Positions 44,605-54,274 of a stretch of DNA of 64,000 nt are shown piece after piece. Numbering within the stretch: position 1 is the stretch's first letter; each line of letters starts with the position of its first letter. Origin of the DNA: Acidobacteriota bacterium (lineage in GTDB: Bacteria > Acidobacteriota > Thermoanaerobaculia > Gp7-AA8); NCBI GenBank assembly GCA_019247495.1, contig JAFAOU010000081.1, forward strand, positions 3,410-67,409, in the 5' to 3' direction. The position numbers and the translations under genes are program-made. The notes under the pieces were generated by a model that was not told where the DNA came from, did no database searches, and saw only the letters and a program-made list of their open reading frames with translations.

Positions 44605-45747
44605 ATGTCCGACCCCACCCTCACCGGCGAGCGCATCGTTCTGATCGATGACAGCGCGAACGATTTGCAGGTGACGAAGCGCTTTCTCGAGCGCCGCGGC
44701 TTCGATGTTTCCGCCGCCACCTCGGGTGAGGAAGGGCTGGCGCTCGCGCAGGCCATCACCCCCGCGGCGTTCATCGTCGACTACCGGATGCCGGTGATGG
44801 ACGGGCTCGAAGTTACGCGGCGCATCAAAGCCGATCAGGTCCTGCAAACGATTCCCGTCCTGATGCTGACCGGGGCCGACGCCGCGCAGACCGTCGTGGA
44901 AGGACTCGAAGCGGGCGCCGATGATTTCGTGACGAAAGGATCCGACACGGAAATCCTCCTCGCCCGCCTGCGCGCCCTGCTGCGGATGAAGCGCTATCAG
45001 GATCAGTTGCGGAAGTTGAATCAGCAGATCACGCGCGACCTGCAGATCGCGCGGCGCGTGCAGGAGGCGCTGGTCCCGAACGGATTCTTCCGCGGGCCGC
45101 GCATCGAAATCCGCTCGGCGTACATCCCCAGCGCAACGCTCTCCGGCGATTTCTACGACTACTTTCTGCAGGACGAGCTGATGTACCTCTTCGTCGCCGA
45201 CGTCTCCGGCCACGGCCTGCCGGCGTCGATCCTGGTGGCGCTGCTGAAGAGCTACATCCACACGGAATCGGATTCGCGCACGTCGCTGTCGTCGTTCATG
45301 GCCAGCCTGAACGACTTCCTCTTCAGTGTTTCACTGCCCACGCAGTTCGCGACGGCGCAGCTTTTCCGGATCGACAGTGCCGGCAATCTCGTCTACTCGA
45401 ACGCCGCGCATCCTCCGTTTCTGCTGCTGCAAAAAGCCAACGGCAAGACCGTCGTTCACGAAGCACCCAGCCACCTCCTCGGCGCGATGCCCTCAATGGT
45501 CTTCGATGAGCACCGCCTCCAGGTCGCCCCCGGCGACATGCTCTTCGTCTACACGGACGGCCTGACCGATCGCCGCAACGCCGCCGGCGATTTCTACTCA
45601 CTCGACCGCATCGTCGCGCTGATGGACGACGCCCACGACGATGACCTCACAACCGTCTACGACCGCATCTTCGAAGACGTCTCCACCTTCGCCGCCACGG
45701 ATGAGTTCCGGGACGACATCGCGTTCATCGTGACGAGATTTCATTAA
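44605..45747 (+). CDS. Response-regulator receiver fused to a PP2C/SpoIIE-type phosphatase (RsbU-like)
   Basis: ATG at 44605. REC 'IVLIDDSANDL...FIVDYRMPVMDG...DFVTKG'. PP2C 'LSGDFYDY...FVADVSGHGLPA...VYTDGLTD'. Confidence 0.85.
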   Translation: MSDPTLTGERIVLIDDSANDLQVTKRFLERRGFDVSAATSGEEGLALAQAITPAAFIVDYRMPVMDGLEVTRRIKADQVLQTIPVLMLTGADAAQTVVEGLEAGADDFVTKGSDTEILLARLRALLRMKRYQDQLRKLNQQITRDLQIARRVQEALVPNGFFRGPRIEIRSAYIPSATLSGDFYDYFLQDELMYLFVADVSGHGLPASILVALLKSYIHTESDSRTSLSSFMASLNDFLFSVSLPTQFATAQLFRIDSAGNLVYSNAAHPPFLLLQKANGKTVVHEAPSHLLGAMPSMVFDEHRLQVAPGDMLFVYTDGLTDRRNAAGDFYSLDRIVALMDDAHDDDLTTVYDRIFEDVSTFAATDEFRDDIAFIVTRFH

Positions 45748-45774
45748 TCTGCGTTATATCTGCGTAATCTGCGG
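45745..45774. repeat. Tandem ATCTGCG units (three copies) beginning at the TAA stop codon; no complementary arm
   Basis: TAATCTGCGTTATATCTGCGTAATCTGCGG. Related to 62174-62200. Confidence 0.7.
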
Positions 45775-45784
45775 ATGAAGGTTC

Positions 45785-46873
45785 TTACGCGATCTTCTGC
45801 AGCAACTCCACCGCTTGCGCCTTCTTCTCGTACTTCACATCCGTCGCGGCGATCTTCTCCAGGTACGGCTTCGCGCTACTGCTGTCGTTGCGTTTGAGGT
45901 GGGTGCGAGCGATCCAGAACCAGGTGTCGATGATGTATTCGTTTTCGCTGAGCTTCTGCGATTGCGCGGCTTTCTCGAACGCGGACGCCGCGTCGTCGTA
46001 CTGCTGCTGGGCGTAGGCGATGCGGCCGAGGTGCGTTTGGGCGTCGAAGAAGTCGTAGGAATTCTGCTCGACGTTTTCGAGGACCTGCTGGTAGTACGGA
46101 GCGGCGCTCTTGTAGTCGCGGGCGTCGAAGTGGATGGCGCCGCAAAACAGCAGCGCGTTGCGAAAAAAGTACGAGTTGAAGAACGGCTGATTCGCGTCGA
46201 AGAGCTGCAGCGACTCCTTGAACAGATGCAGCGCGTCGTCGCGGTCGCCGAGCGCGTATGAATTCAGCGCCTTCAGCGCCAGCGCTTGAGCGGTCACGTT
46301 GTTGTTCTGCGAATAGCGGAGCGATTGCTCGTGGAGATCCTTCGCCTGCGCGTAGTCGTGCGCTTCGTGCGAAAGATGCCCGAGGATGACGTACGACTTG
46401 TATTTGATGTCGTTCGCTTCGTCCGATTCTTCCGACGCGCATGCTTCCGAAAATCCTTTGCGCGCGCCGGCGACGTCGCCTGCGTACAGCGTCGCCACGG
46501 CGCGGTAGTAGGTCGCTTCGAGTTTGGTCAGGACGCTGCTTCGCTGCGACCCGAGTTGCTCGATGAACTGCGTGACGAGCTGCGCCAGGATGCGGTTGTC
46601 CGAGGTCGTGTCGACGATGAAGTTGTGGAGGTAGACGAGGCGATTTTCGAGGATGCGCATCAGCTCGAGCATGAGCGTGATGCGTTGCGTCTCGTCGCTC
46701 GTCTGTTTGAAGAGCGCTGCGAGTTTGCGCTGCAGCGCGGAGTACTCATCGCCGTACTGCCGCGCGCGCGACTCGGAGAGCTCGCCCGGTTCGTTCTGCA
46801 GTTTCGTTTCGAGGGCGACGCGCTGGTCGACCAGCGAGGTGATCTGTTTTGAAAGGTCGTTTCGGTCAGCCAT
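45785..46873 (-). CDS. TPR-repeat protein
   Basis: Multiple 34-aa TPR-like units ('YYRAVATLYAGDVAGARKGF', 'AQQQYDDAASAFEKA', and others). I prefer the ATG at 46873 to the TTG at 46909. Confidence 0.7.
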   Translation of the reverse strand: MADRNDLSKQITSLVDQRVALETKLQNEPGELSESRARQYGDEYSALQRKLAALFKQTSDETQRITLMLELMRILENRLVYLHNFIVDTTSDNRILAQLVTQFIEQLGSQRSSVLTKLEATYYRAVATLYAGDVAGARKGFSEACASEESDEANDIKYKSYVILGHLSHEAHDYAQAKDLHEQSLRYSQNNNVTAQALALKALNSYALGDRDDALHLFKESLQLFDANQPFFNSYFFRNALLFCGAIHFDARDYKSAAPYYQQVLENVEQNSYDFFDAQTHLGRIAYAQQQYDDAASAFEKAAQSQKLSENEYIIDTWFWIARTHLKRNDSSSAKPYLEKIAATDVKYEKKAQAVELLQKIA

Positions 46874-46954
46874 TTCCAAGCAATCTTCGCGGCAGAATTT
46901 TATCGACAAAACGTTGGCGGAGCCTTTGGCAACCGACGCTGCCGGCCGTGCCGG

Positions 46955-49213
46955 CTATCGTTCGCGTAGTGCAATCGGCGATCCACCGATCTCGAGCAGG
47001 CGGAACTCGAGCTGATGGCGGTCCTCGTCGATCGACTTGACCTCGATCGTCACTTTGTCGCCGAGGCGCATCTCGCGGCCGGTCGACTCGCCGCGCAGGC
47101 GGTGTTCGCGTTCGCGGAAGACCCAGAAGTCGCCGCCGATCGTCGCCACCGGCACCATGCCCTGGACGAAGATTTCGTCGAGCTCGATGAAGAGGCCGAA
47201 CGACGCCACGCCGGTGACTGTGCCCGTGAACTTGTCGCCGACTTTGTCGCGCATGAAGATGACTTTCTTCCACTCCAGCACCTCGCGTGAGGCGTCGTCG
47301 GCGCGGCGTTCGCGATCGCTTGATTGGGCGGCGTACAGCGGATGCGCGCGTTCAATCTCCGCGAGGCGTTCGCCGTACAGCGGACCGGTCGCGATCAATT
47401 CGCCGAGGCGGCGGTGGACGATGAGATCGGGATAGCGGCGGATCGGCGAGGTGAAGTGCGCGTAGTTCGCGATCGCCAGCGCGAAGTGTCCGATGTTCTC
47501 CTCGGAGTAAAACGCGCGCTTCATCGAACGCAAAACGATGTTGGTGAGAAAGCGTTCCTCCGGCGTCCCTTCCACCGACTTCAACACGCGCTGCAGCTCG
47601 CCGGGACGCATCTCTTCGAGATCGCCGCGCAGCGTGAGCTTGAATTCTCTGAGGATCTCGCGAAGGTCCTGCAGCTTCTGCGGGTCGGGCTGCTGGTGAA
47701 CGCGATAAATGCCGGGTTGATTGGCGAAGACGAGTTCCGAGGCCACGACTTCGTTCGCGGCGAGCATGAACTCTTCGATGATGCGATGGGCGACGTTGCG
47801 CTCCGTCGGCTTGATCGCATCGATCACGCCCGCGGCATCGAGAATCACCTCGGCCTCAGGCAAATCGAAATCGATCGAGCCGCGCGCTTCGCGCCGCTTG
47901 CGCAGGATGTCGTACAGCTCGTGCATCCGCGTGAAGTCAGCGAGGAGGTAGCCGTAGCGTTGGCGAAGTTCCGCCGCGTCCGGCACCACCACGCCATGCG
48001 GCGGCGGGCCGCTCGGCTGGGCGACGCCTTCGTTGACGAGGAAGGCGTTCACGTTCGTATAGGTCATCCGCTCTTTCGTGCGGATGACGGAGCGATAGAC
48101 CTTGCGGTCGACGAAGCGGCCTTTGCGATCGATCTCGATGTCCACGGAAAACGTGAGCCGCTCGACGCGTGGGTTGAGCGAGCAGATGCCGTTCGACAGC
48201 CGTTCGGGCAGCATCGGCACGGCGCGTCCGGGGAAGTAGACCGAGGTCCCGCGCTCGAATGCTTCTTCATCAAGCGCGCTTCCCTCGGTGACGTAATGCG
48301 AGACGTCGGCGATGTGCACGCCGAGCAGGTAGTTGCCGTTCGGGAGTTGCTGCACTTCGACCGCGTCGTCGAAATCCTTCGCCGTCTCGCCGTCGATCGT
48401 GACGATGTTGTGTTCGCGCAGATCGACACGCTTTGCGATTTCGTCCGGCGTAACTTCGTCGGGAACCGCGTCCGCCGCGGCCAGCACGTCCGGCGGAAAG
48501 AGATGCGGGATATGGAACTTGCGAATGACCAGTTCGATGTCGACGCCGGGCTCACCGATCATGCCGAGGACTTCGACGACGCGGCCGCGGGCGATGTGGC
48601 TGGTGCGGTCGGGATAGCGGTCGATCTCGACGTTCACCATCTCCTGATCGCGCGCGTCGAGCGTGCCGTCGTGATCGATGACGATGTCGTGATCGAGGCG
48701 GGTATCGAACGGTGTGACGTACGGCTGGTCGGGATCGGCGTGAAAGCGTCCGGCCACGGTGCGATGCGCGCGGCGAAGGACTTGCGACACTTCGCCGATG
48801 ATCAGTTTGCGCTGGCGGATGGTGTGGTACTTCGGCGCGTGCTTGTCGACGCGCACGATGACGAGATCGCCGTTCATGGCGCCCTTCATCGAGCGGCGGT
48901 CGATGAAGACGTCAGGCTCTTCGCCACCGCCGCCGAAGACGGTGCCGTAGCCGTCGGGATGCACGCGAATCTGGCCGGCGTGATACGGCGTGAACTCGAG
49001 CAGCGAGTAGCGCTTGCCGCGAACGGCCACGACGATGCCGTCCTGCTCCAGCTCAACGACGGCGCGCTCGACCTGCTCGCGCGTGGCGTCGACGCCTTCG
49101 AGACGTTCCCAGATCTCCTTGATCGGAAGCATCCTGCTGCCGCGGCGGCGGAGGAGATCAGTGATCGATTGTCGGAGACCGGCGGAACCTGGAAGCGAGA
49201 GCGGCTGTGGCAA
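46955..49213 (-). CDS. rnr: Ribonuclease R
   Basis: 752 aa. Cold-shock-like N-terminal domains, RNB catalytic domain ('DGETAKDFDDAV', 'HFTSPIRRYPDL') and a C-terminal S1 domain. Confidence 0.95.
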   Translation of the reverse strand: MPQPLSLPGSAGLRQSITDLLRRRGSRMLPIKEIWERLEGVDATREQVERAVVELEQDGIVVAVRGKRYSLLEFTPYHAGQIRVHPDGYGTVFGGGGEEPDVFIDRRSMKGAMNGDLVIVRVDKHAPKYHTIRQRKLIIGEVSQVLRRAHRTVAGRFHADPDQPYVTPFDTRLDHDIVIDHDGTLDARDQEMVNVEIDRYPDRTSHIARGRVVEVLGMIGEPGVDIELVIRKFHIPHLFPPDVLAAADAVPDEVTPDEIAKRVDLREHNIVTIDGETAKDFDDAVEVQQLPNGNYLLGVHIADVSHYVTEGSALDEEAFERGTSVYFPGRAVPMLPERLSNGICSLNPRVERLTFSVDIEIDRKGRFVDRKVYRSVIRTKERMTYTNVNAFLVNEGVAQPSGPPPHGVVVPDAAELRQRYGYLLADFTRMHELYDILRKRREARGSIDFDLPEAEVILDAAGVIDAIKPTERNVAHRIIEEFMLAANEVVASELVFANQPGIYRVHQQPDPQKLQDLREILREFKLTLRGDLEEMRPGELQRVLKSVEGTPEERFLTNIVLRSMKRAFYSEENIGHFALAIANYAHFTSPIRRYPDLIVHRRLGELIATGPLYGERLAEIERAHPLYAAQSSDRERRADDASREVLEWKKVIFMRDKVGDKFTGTVTGVASFGLFIELDEIFVQGMVPVATIGGDFWVFREREHRLRGESTGREMRLGDKVTIEVKSIDEDRHQLEFRLLEIGGSPIALRER

Positions 49214-49224
49214 AGGTTCCCTGG

Positions 49225-49533
49225 TTAGCGCGAGCGCGTGTTCTTGCCGTTCGATGGTTTCGGTGCGCGTGCGCTGTGCGCGGAGAGGCGGCGGCGCATC
49301 GGCCGAATGGAATCAGCGAATCCGTTGAGCATCGTCTGCGAGCGAAGCTTGTTGTGAAGCGTGTTGCGATGCACGCCCAGCGCCTTCGACGCCTGCGTCA
49401 CATTGCCGCGGCTGGCCGACATGGCCGCCACGATGTACTTGCCCTCGAACGCCTCTACGGCCTGCTCGAGAGTGATGCCACTACCAATCAATTCGCGAAT
49501 GATCTGATTCAAACGATCATCGATACTTAGCAT
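49225..49533 (-). CDS. Small Fis-type helix-turn-helix DNA-binding protein with a basic tail
   Basis: 102 aa. 'GNVTQASKALGVHRNTLHNKL' (HTH_8/Fis-type). Confidence 0.7.
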   Translation of the reverse strand: MLSIDDRLNQIIRELIGSGITLEQAVEAFEGKYIVAAMSASRGNVTQASKALGVHRNTLHNKLRSQTMLNGFADSIRPMRRRLSAHSARAPKPSNGKNTRSR

Positions 49534-49595
49534 TAGGTTTGCCCCTGACCGTCGTTGGAAGAGCGGGATTCTACACCCCTACTTCACGAAAGTTG

Positions 49596-51428
49596 CTACG
49601 CATTTCTGAGTGACACGCGAAGAAATTTTCCACGCGCATCTCGCTTGACAAACCATCGCGAAAAGAGCAGGTACGCGATCGCGATGATCGTCAGAATCGC
49701 ACCTGCAAGAAGCGATGCCGGGCGATAAATCCACTTCACCGAGTGATGTCCCGCACCGACCGAGACCGTACGAAACAAGGCATATGGATTCGCAGTCGCG
49801 CGCGCTCCGTCGACTTCCACTCGCCATCCGTTGGCCATCTGCTGCGTGATGACGACGTCTCCCGCGGACGGCGCATCGACGTCGATGAAAACCGACGACG
49901 TCGTGAACGCGAGTGTCGATGCGGGCGTGATGCGATGACTGGAATCCTGAAAATATGCGAGCGGCATCGCGTGGATGTTGCGATGGATGACGACGCCCGG
50001 TCCCGACGCGATCGGAGGAAACGCCACGAGCGTCCGCGGCGCAAAGATGTAGCCGCCGGAGACGGCGTTGAGTGTGGAAACGCGGCCTTCGGTGATCACC
50101 GGCCGGATCATCTCCGCGTAGCGCTGCGAGATGACCGGCGCGGCGGTCCAGGTGTCGAACCGTCGTTGGTAGAGATTGAGGTAGCCGAGGATCCAGCCGT
50201 CGCGATCGCGGTCGTTCGACATGTCGATGCGTACGATCTTCGAATCGCGAGCGATGGCTGGTGGATACGGAACGCGGCCAGGATTGAAGGGCTCCGTTGC
50301 CAGCAGCGGTTGGATGCGCATTGCGAGATCGACGAAGGTCAGCAATGCGATGAGCAGTTTTACAGGCTCGCTGCGGATGGCATTGCAGCCGAATGCAGCC
50401 AACGCACAGATACCGAGAACCGCGAACGGCACCAGTCGCGCGGGGTATCGGAAGAGCGTGAGCGGCAAGGACGCCAGCGCATCACCGACCGGACCGATAT
50501 GGTCGCCCGCTGCAATCAGCGCTGAAAGAACAATGAGCGCGAGCCAGCCGGCGGCGCGGCGGCGCACGGCGACGATGCCGATGACCGCGAAGATCACCGT
50601 CAGCACGCCGGCATAGACGACCGGCAGGAACTCCTGGCCCATGCCCGGATGGAGCAGACCGGCGTCCCTCGGCGGAATGGCGAGCCGCAGCCAATCGCGC
50701 GGCGGCATCGACGCCAGGAGTATCTGCGCTCTGGTCATGCCGCCGTGGGCGCGATCGCTGCCCGAGATCCAGCTCAGAAAGGGGAAAAGCTGTACGGCCG
50801 ATAACGCGAAGGCCATCGCCGCGGCTTCGAGCTTGTCAGTCCGTCCGCGTCTTCTGACGACAAGAAACAGTACGGCGCCGATCGACGCGAAAAACGGCTC
50901 GCCGGCCAGAAACGAAAGCGCCATCACGGAGCCACATGTCTTCGCCGACACATCGCTGAGCGCGCACCAGAGGATCAGCGGCATCCACGCGAACGTCGTC
51001 AGATTGTTCGAGACGTCGAGCAGCGACATGACCGGTCCGCAAAACGTCAGCGCGAGCGCCGCCATCAATCCTCCGCCGCCGGGCCGCGTCAGGCGCGCGA
51101 AGAGCAGATAGGCGCCGCATCCCAGCAGAAGGACGTGCAGCAGGAGATAGATCGTGTACGCACGCGCGAACGGAACAACGACAAACAGCCACGCGGGCGG
51201 ATAGAAGATTCCGGTCTGCGGATTTGCCAGCCACGGTTCGCCCGACGCGCTGTAGGCGTTCCACAGCGGCAGCCGTCCGTGCTGCAACTCCACGGCCGTG
51301 AACCAATGAAGCGGCTGAAAGTAATCGCCGTGATCGCGGAGCGAGAAGACCTCGTTCCGGATCAAAGCCGGCGCGAAGACGGCGAGAGCACAGATTGCGA
51401 TCGCCGCAAACGCCCAGCGCGGTTTCAT
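49596..51428 (-). CDS. YfhO-like polytopic membrane protein (putative GT-C glycosyltransferase)
   Basis: 610 aa. 'HGRLPLWNAYSASGEPWLANPQTGIFYP' matches the YfhO-family N-terminal loop pattern. Many TM helices plus a C-terminal soluble domain and a final TM helix. Confidence 0.65.
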   Translation of the reverse strand: MKPRWAFAAIAICALAVFAPALIRNEVFSLRDHGDYFQPLHWFTAVELQHGRLPLWNAYSASGEPWLANPQTGIFYPPAWLFVVVPFARAYTIYLLLHVLLLGCGAYLLFARLTRPGGGGLMAALALTFCGPVMSLLDVSNNLTTFAWMPLILWCALSDVSAKTCGSVMALSFLAGEPFFASIGAVLFLVVRRRGRTDKLEAAAMAFALSAVQLFPFLSWISGSDRAHGGMTRAQILLASMPPRDWLRLAIPPRDAGLLHPGMGQEFLPVVYAGVLTVIFAVIGIVAVRRRAAGWLALIVLSALIAAGDHIGPVGDALASLPLTLFRYPARLVPFAVLGICALAAFGCNAIRSEPVKLLIALLTFVDLAMRIQPLLATEPFNPGRVPYPPAIARDSKIVRIDMSNDRDRDGWILGYLNLYQRRFDTWTAAPVISQRYAEMIRPVITEGRVSTLNAVSGGYIFAPRTLVAFPPIASGPGVVIHRNIHAMPLAYFQDSSHRITPASTLAFTTSSVFIDVDAPSAGDVVITQQMANGWRVEVDGARATANPYALFRTVSVGAGHHSVKWIYRPASLLAGAILTIIAIAYLLFSRWFVKRDARGKFLRVSLRNA

Positions 51429-52831
51429 CGGGCGTCCGGTCCGCAGAAACGCGTCACGATGGTCCGCATCAGCCGCACGCCCTCGGCGAAGAACCGCGTG
51501 CGAATGCGCTCATCGTTCGCGTGCACCGTGTCGGCGTCGTAGTAGTTCACTTTGAACGGCGCGATACCGTACGCCACGATGCCGCGCGCGCGGAAGTAGC
51601 GGCTGTCCGATGTCCCCGAGCCCACCGCCGTCCCGACGATCGAACCTGCTTCCGCGTTCCTGAGCGACCACGAAAGGATGCGGAACAACTCCGTATCGCT
51701 CGAACTCTCCGGCACCGGCTGTCCGGCCAGCAGCACCTGCAACTCTCCGCCCGCGGGCAGCGTCTCCTTCACCTTCGCGGTCATCGCGTCCGCGGTCTGG
51801 TCGGGCAGCAAGCGAATGTCGATATCCGCCGACGCATTCGCCGGAAGAACATTGATCGCGCTGCCGCCATCGACGCGCGTGATTGCGATCGTGTCGTGCA
51901 GCAGGCTGCGATAACCGGGCGAGAGGACGCGCTCGATCTTCGCGACGTCGAGCGGCTCGGCGATGCCGCGTAAAACTTCGCCGCGCTCGTCGTGCCGGGC
52001 CTTCCCCGCTTCGTGAAAGGAGCGCGCCACGGACGGCGTCAGGCGATACGGCGTCGGAATGCGGCTGATTTCGTCGAGCGCGTGAACGAGTTTTCCGAGC
52101 GTGCCGCCGTCGTCGGGCGGCGATGCGGCGTGGCCGGCGCTCCCCTTCATCGTGATGCGCAACCAGAGCGGCACCTTCGCCTGCACCTCGATGCCCCAGA
52201 ACGAAACGTGATCGACGATGGTCTCGTTGTAGCCGCCCTCATTCAGCACGAAGCCTGCGTTCGCGAAAAGTTCGGGATGCTGTTCGAGAATCGCGCGGCA
52301 GCCGTTGGTGCCGCCGAGCTCTTCATCGGCCACGGCCAGGAAGATGACGTCGCGCCGCAGCGTCACGTGGCGGCGCCTGAGGTCGACGAACGCCATCAGC
52401 TCCGCGATGCCGAGGGACTTGATGTCGAGTGCGCCCCGTCCCCAGATGTAGCCGCCGGATCGGACGCCTGCAAACGGCGGTTTCGTCCATTCGCTGGCGA
52501 CGACCGGAACGACGTCGATGTGATGCAGCAGAATCAGCGCTTTCTCATTGGTGCCTGACGCAAGCCGCGCGTACACCGACTGCCGTTTCGGATCGGAGCC
52601 GATCAGTTTCGCGTCGATGCCATCTTTGATCAGAAGCTGCTGCAGAAAACGCGCGCCGGATGTCTCGTTGCCGGGCGGGTTGGATGTGTCGATGCGCAGG
52701 TACGACACCAGCGCGTCCTCCGCTTCGCGCTCCACCGGATCGCCGGAGCCGGCGGCGGCGCGGCGACAGCCGAGTGGCGCGAGAAGGCAACAGGAGAGTG
52801 CCAGGAGGCCCAGCGGCCGGAGTGAGTGCAT
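51425..52831 (-). CDS. M20-family metallopeptidase (ArgE/DapE/CPG2-like), exported
   Basis: 468 aa. Signal plus 'APLGC'. 'LLHHIDVVP', 'RGALDIKS', 'ADEELGG' metal-ligand motifs. 4-nt overlap with the downstream gene. Confidence 0.85.
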   Translation of the reverse strand: MHSLRPLGLLALSCCLLAPLGCRRAAAGSGDPVEREAEDALVSYLRIDTSNPPGNETSGARFLQQLLIKDGIDAKLIGSDPKRQSVYARLASGTNEKALILLHHIDVVPVVASEWTKPPFAGVRSGGYIWGRGALDIKSLGIAELMAFVDLRRRHVTLRRDVIFLAVADEELGGTNGCRAILEQHPELFANAGFVLNEGGYNETIVDHVSFWGIEVQAKVPLWLRITMKGSAGHAASPPDDGGTLGKLVHALDEISRIPTPYRLTPSVARSFHEAGKARHDERGEVLRGIAEPLDVAKIERVLSPGYRSLLHDTIAITRVDGGSAINVLPANASADIDIRLLPDQTADAMTAKVKETLPAGGELQVLLAGQPVPESSSDTELFRILSWSLRNAEAGSIVGTAVGSGTSDSRYFRARGIVAYGIAPFKVNYYDADTVHANDERIRTRFFAEGVRLMRTIVTRFCGPDAR

Positions 52832-52858
52832 GCGGTCGTTCGTGACGATCGTACGCGA

Positions 52859-53368
52859 CTATTTGCTCACCAGCATTCCGTCCGGGTACGAAAGAAAGAC
52901 TCCGTTACCGTAAACGATGTCGCAATCGAAATTCGTGAACGGACCGGTGGTTGGATCGGACGAAATGACCCCGTCTTTCCCCCCTGAAATGATCGCGTAG
53001 ATGTTTGCCTTTTCGGCCGCGCCATAGGCCTTATTCGTGTACATCTGATACGCCATCCCCCATCCGTCGACCTTCGGCACCACACGGATGTAGGTCGGCT
53101 CCAACATGTTCGAAAGGTTGTCCGACGTGATCCGCTGATCGGCACCCTCGACGCCATTCGCCTGTCCGGCTGCGTTGTAGCGGCTCGCTTCGCTGTTCCG
53201 TGCTTCCCACGCAGTGGCCATGTTTCGTATGTCCACCATGGTCCGGCGCTGCTTCGCGCGCTGAATGGCCACGAGCAGGTTCGGGATCGCGATGGAGGCA
53301 ATGATGCCGATGATGGCCACGACCACAAGCAGTTCGAGCAGGGTGAAGCCCTTCTGTCTTCGTCTCAC
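52859..53368 (-). CDS. Prepilin-type (type IV pilin / T2SS pseudopilin-like) protein
   Basis: 169 aa. Class III signal 'RRRQKGFTLLELLVVVAIIGIIASIAIPNL'. GTG start with an AGAGAGG SD 6 nt upstream. Confidence 0.85.
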   Translation of the reverse strand: MRRRQKGFTLLELLVVVAIIGIIASIAIPNLLVAIQRAKQRRTMVDIRNMATAWEARNSEASRYNAAGQANGVEGADQRITSDNLSNMLEPTYIRVVPKVDGWGMAYQMYTNKAYGAAEKANIYAIISGGKDGVISSDPTTGPFTNFDCDIVYGNGVFLSYPDGMLVSK

Positions 53369-53407
53369 GCCGGACCTCTCTTTATTGGGGGAAGTCAGAG
53401 AGTATAC

Positions 53408-53423
53408 GGCAAGCTCGATACCA
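53408..53423 (-). promoter_or_regulatory. Candidate sigma-54 (-24/-12) promoter upstream of the prepilin-type gene
   Basis: Minus strand TGGTATCGAGCTTGCC has GG-N10-GC spacing identical to the TGGCAC-N5-TTGCW consensus. It lies about 40 nt upstream of the GTG start. Confidence 0.45.
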
Positions 53424-53545
53424 GACCGCTGGCTGCCCCTATCATGTTGGCCACGAGCAACTTACACGGTCGACGGGCCTCCCCGCATGAGCGCGAAGGG
53501 TCATTCTATTGACCGCCCACTGACAACAAATGTCAGGCGGTTGGG

Positions 53546-54148
53546 CTAGGCAGACGCTGTGATCGTGAGCTGCACGGCCGGCTCCTCGATCGGGGCGGAT
53601 TTGTACAACTCGTAGCACGCGCGGCATCGCGCCTCGTACGACGAATCGCCCACTTCCACCTGCGCGTTGCCACCCGAAACGCGCTGCGAGTAGTGCGCGG
53701 CGCCGCGGCAGCGCACGCACACGGCGTGCATCTTCGACACATCCTCGGCCACTGCCAGCAGCGCCGGCATCGGTCCGAACGGACGGCGCATGTAATCCTG
53801 ATCGAGTCCCGCCGCGATCACGCGGATGCCCGCATCCGCCAACTGCATGCAGACGTCGACGATGCCGGCATCGAAGAACTGGATCTCGTCGATCCCGACG
53901 ACCTGAATGCCGATCTCGACACGCGTCAACAACTCCGCGCTCGTCGCCGCCGCGTGAGCCTTCAGCCGGCGATCGTCGCGCGACACGATGTCTTCGGTGC
54001 TGAAGCGGTCGTCGATGAGAGGCTTGAAGACCTGCACACGCTGACGCGCAATCACGGCCCTGCGCAGGCGCCTGATCAACTCCTCCGATTTTCCGGAGAA
54101 CATGCCTCCGGCGATGATTTCGATCCAGCCGCCACGATAACTGTCCAA
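53546..54148 (-). CDS. tdk: Thymidine kinase
   Basis: P-loop 'GGMFSGKSEELIRR' and zinc ribbon 'CVRC...CRAC'. I prefer the TTG at 54148 (MDSYRGGWIEII...), which gives a typical ~200-aa TK. The longer ORF would run into the divergent gene. Confidence 0.88.
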   Translation of the reverse strand: MDSYRGGWIEIIAGGMFSGKSEELIRRLRRAVIARQRVQVFKPLIDDRFSTEDIVSRDDRRLKAHAAATSAELLTRVEIGIQVVGIDEIQFFDAGIVDVCMQLADAGIRVIAAGLDQDYMRRPFGPMPALLAVAEDVSKMHAVCVRCRGAAHYSQRVSGGNAQVEVGDSSYEARCRACYELYKSAPIEEPAVQLTITASA

Positions 54149-54274
54149 GGGATTGCCTCCGGGGATTGGTGTGACGCGCAGGATAACAAATCTTCTCTCC
54201 GCCCCTCCGCGAGCCCCGCGTGGACCGTTCCCCCTCGGCCACTCGCGCCAATCTGCTACCCTCAAAACCGTCCG

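Noticed and set aside
47324-49228. 634-aa plus-strand ORF, and similarly 56020-57429 (469 aa) and 9899-11230 (443 aa, minus)
   Set aside because: They are antisense to rnr, the YfhO-like gene and the M16 partner respectively, and all have shadow-ORF composition.
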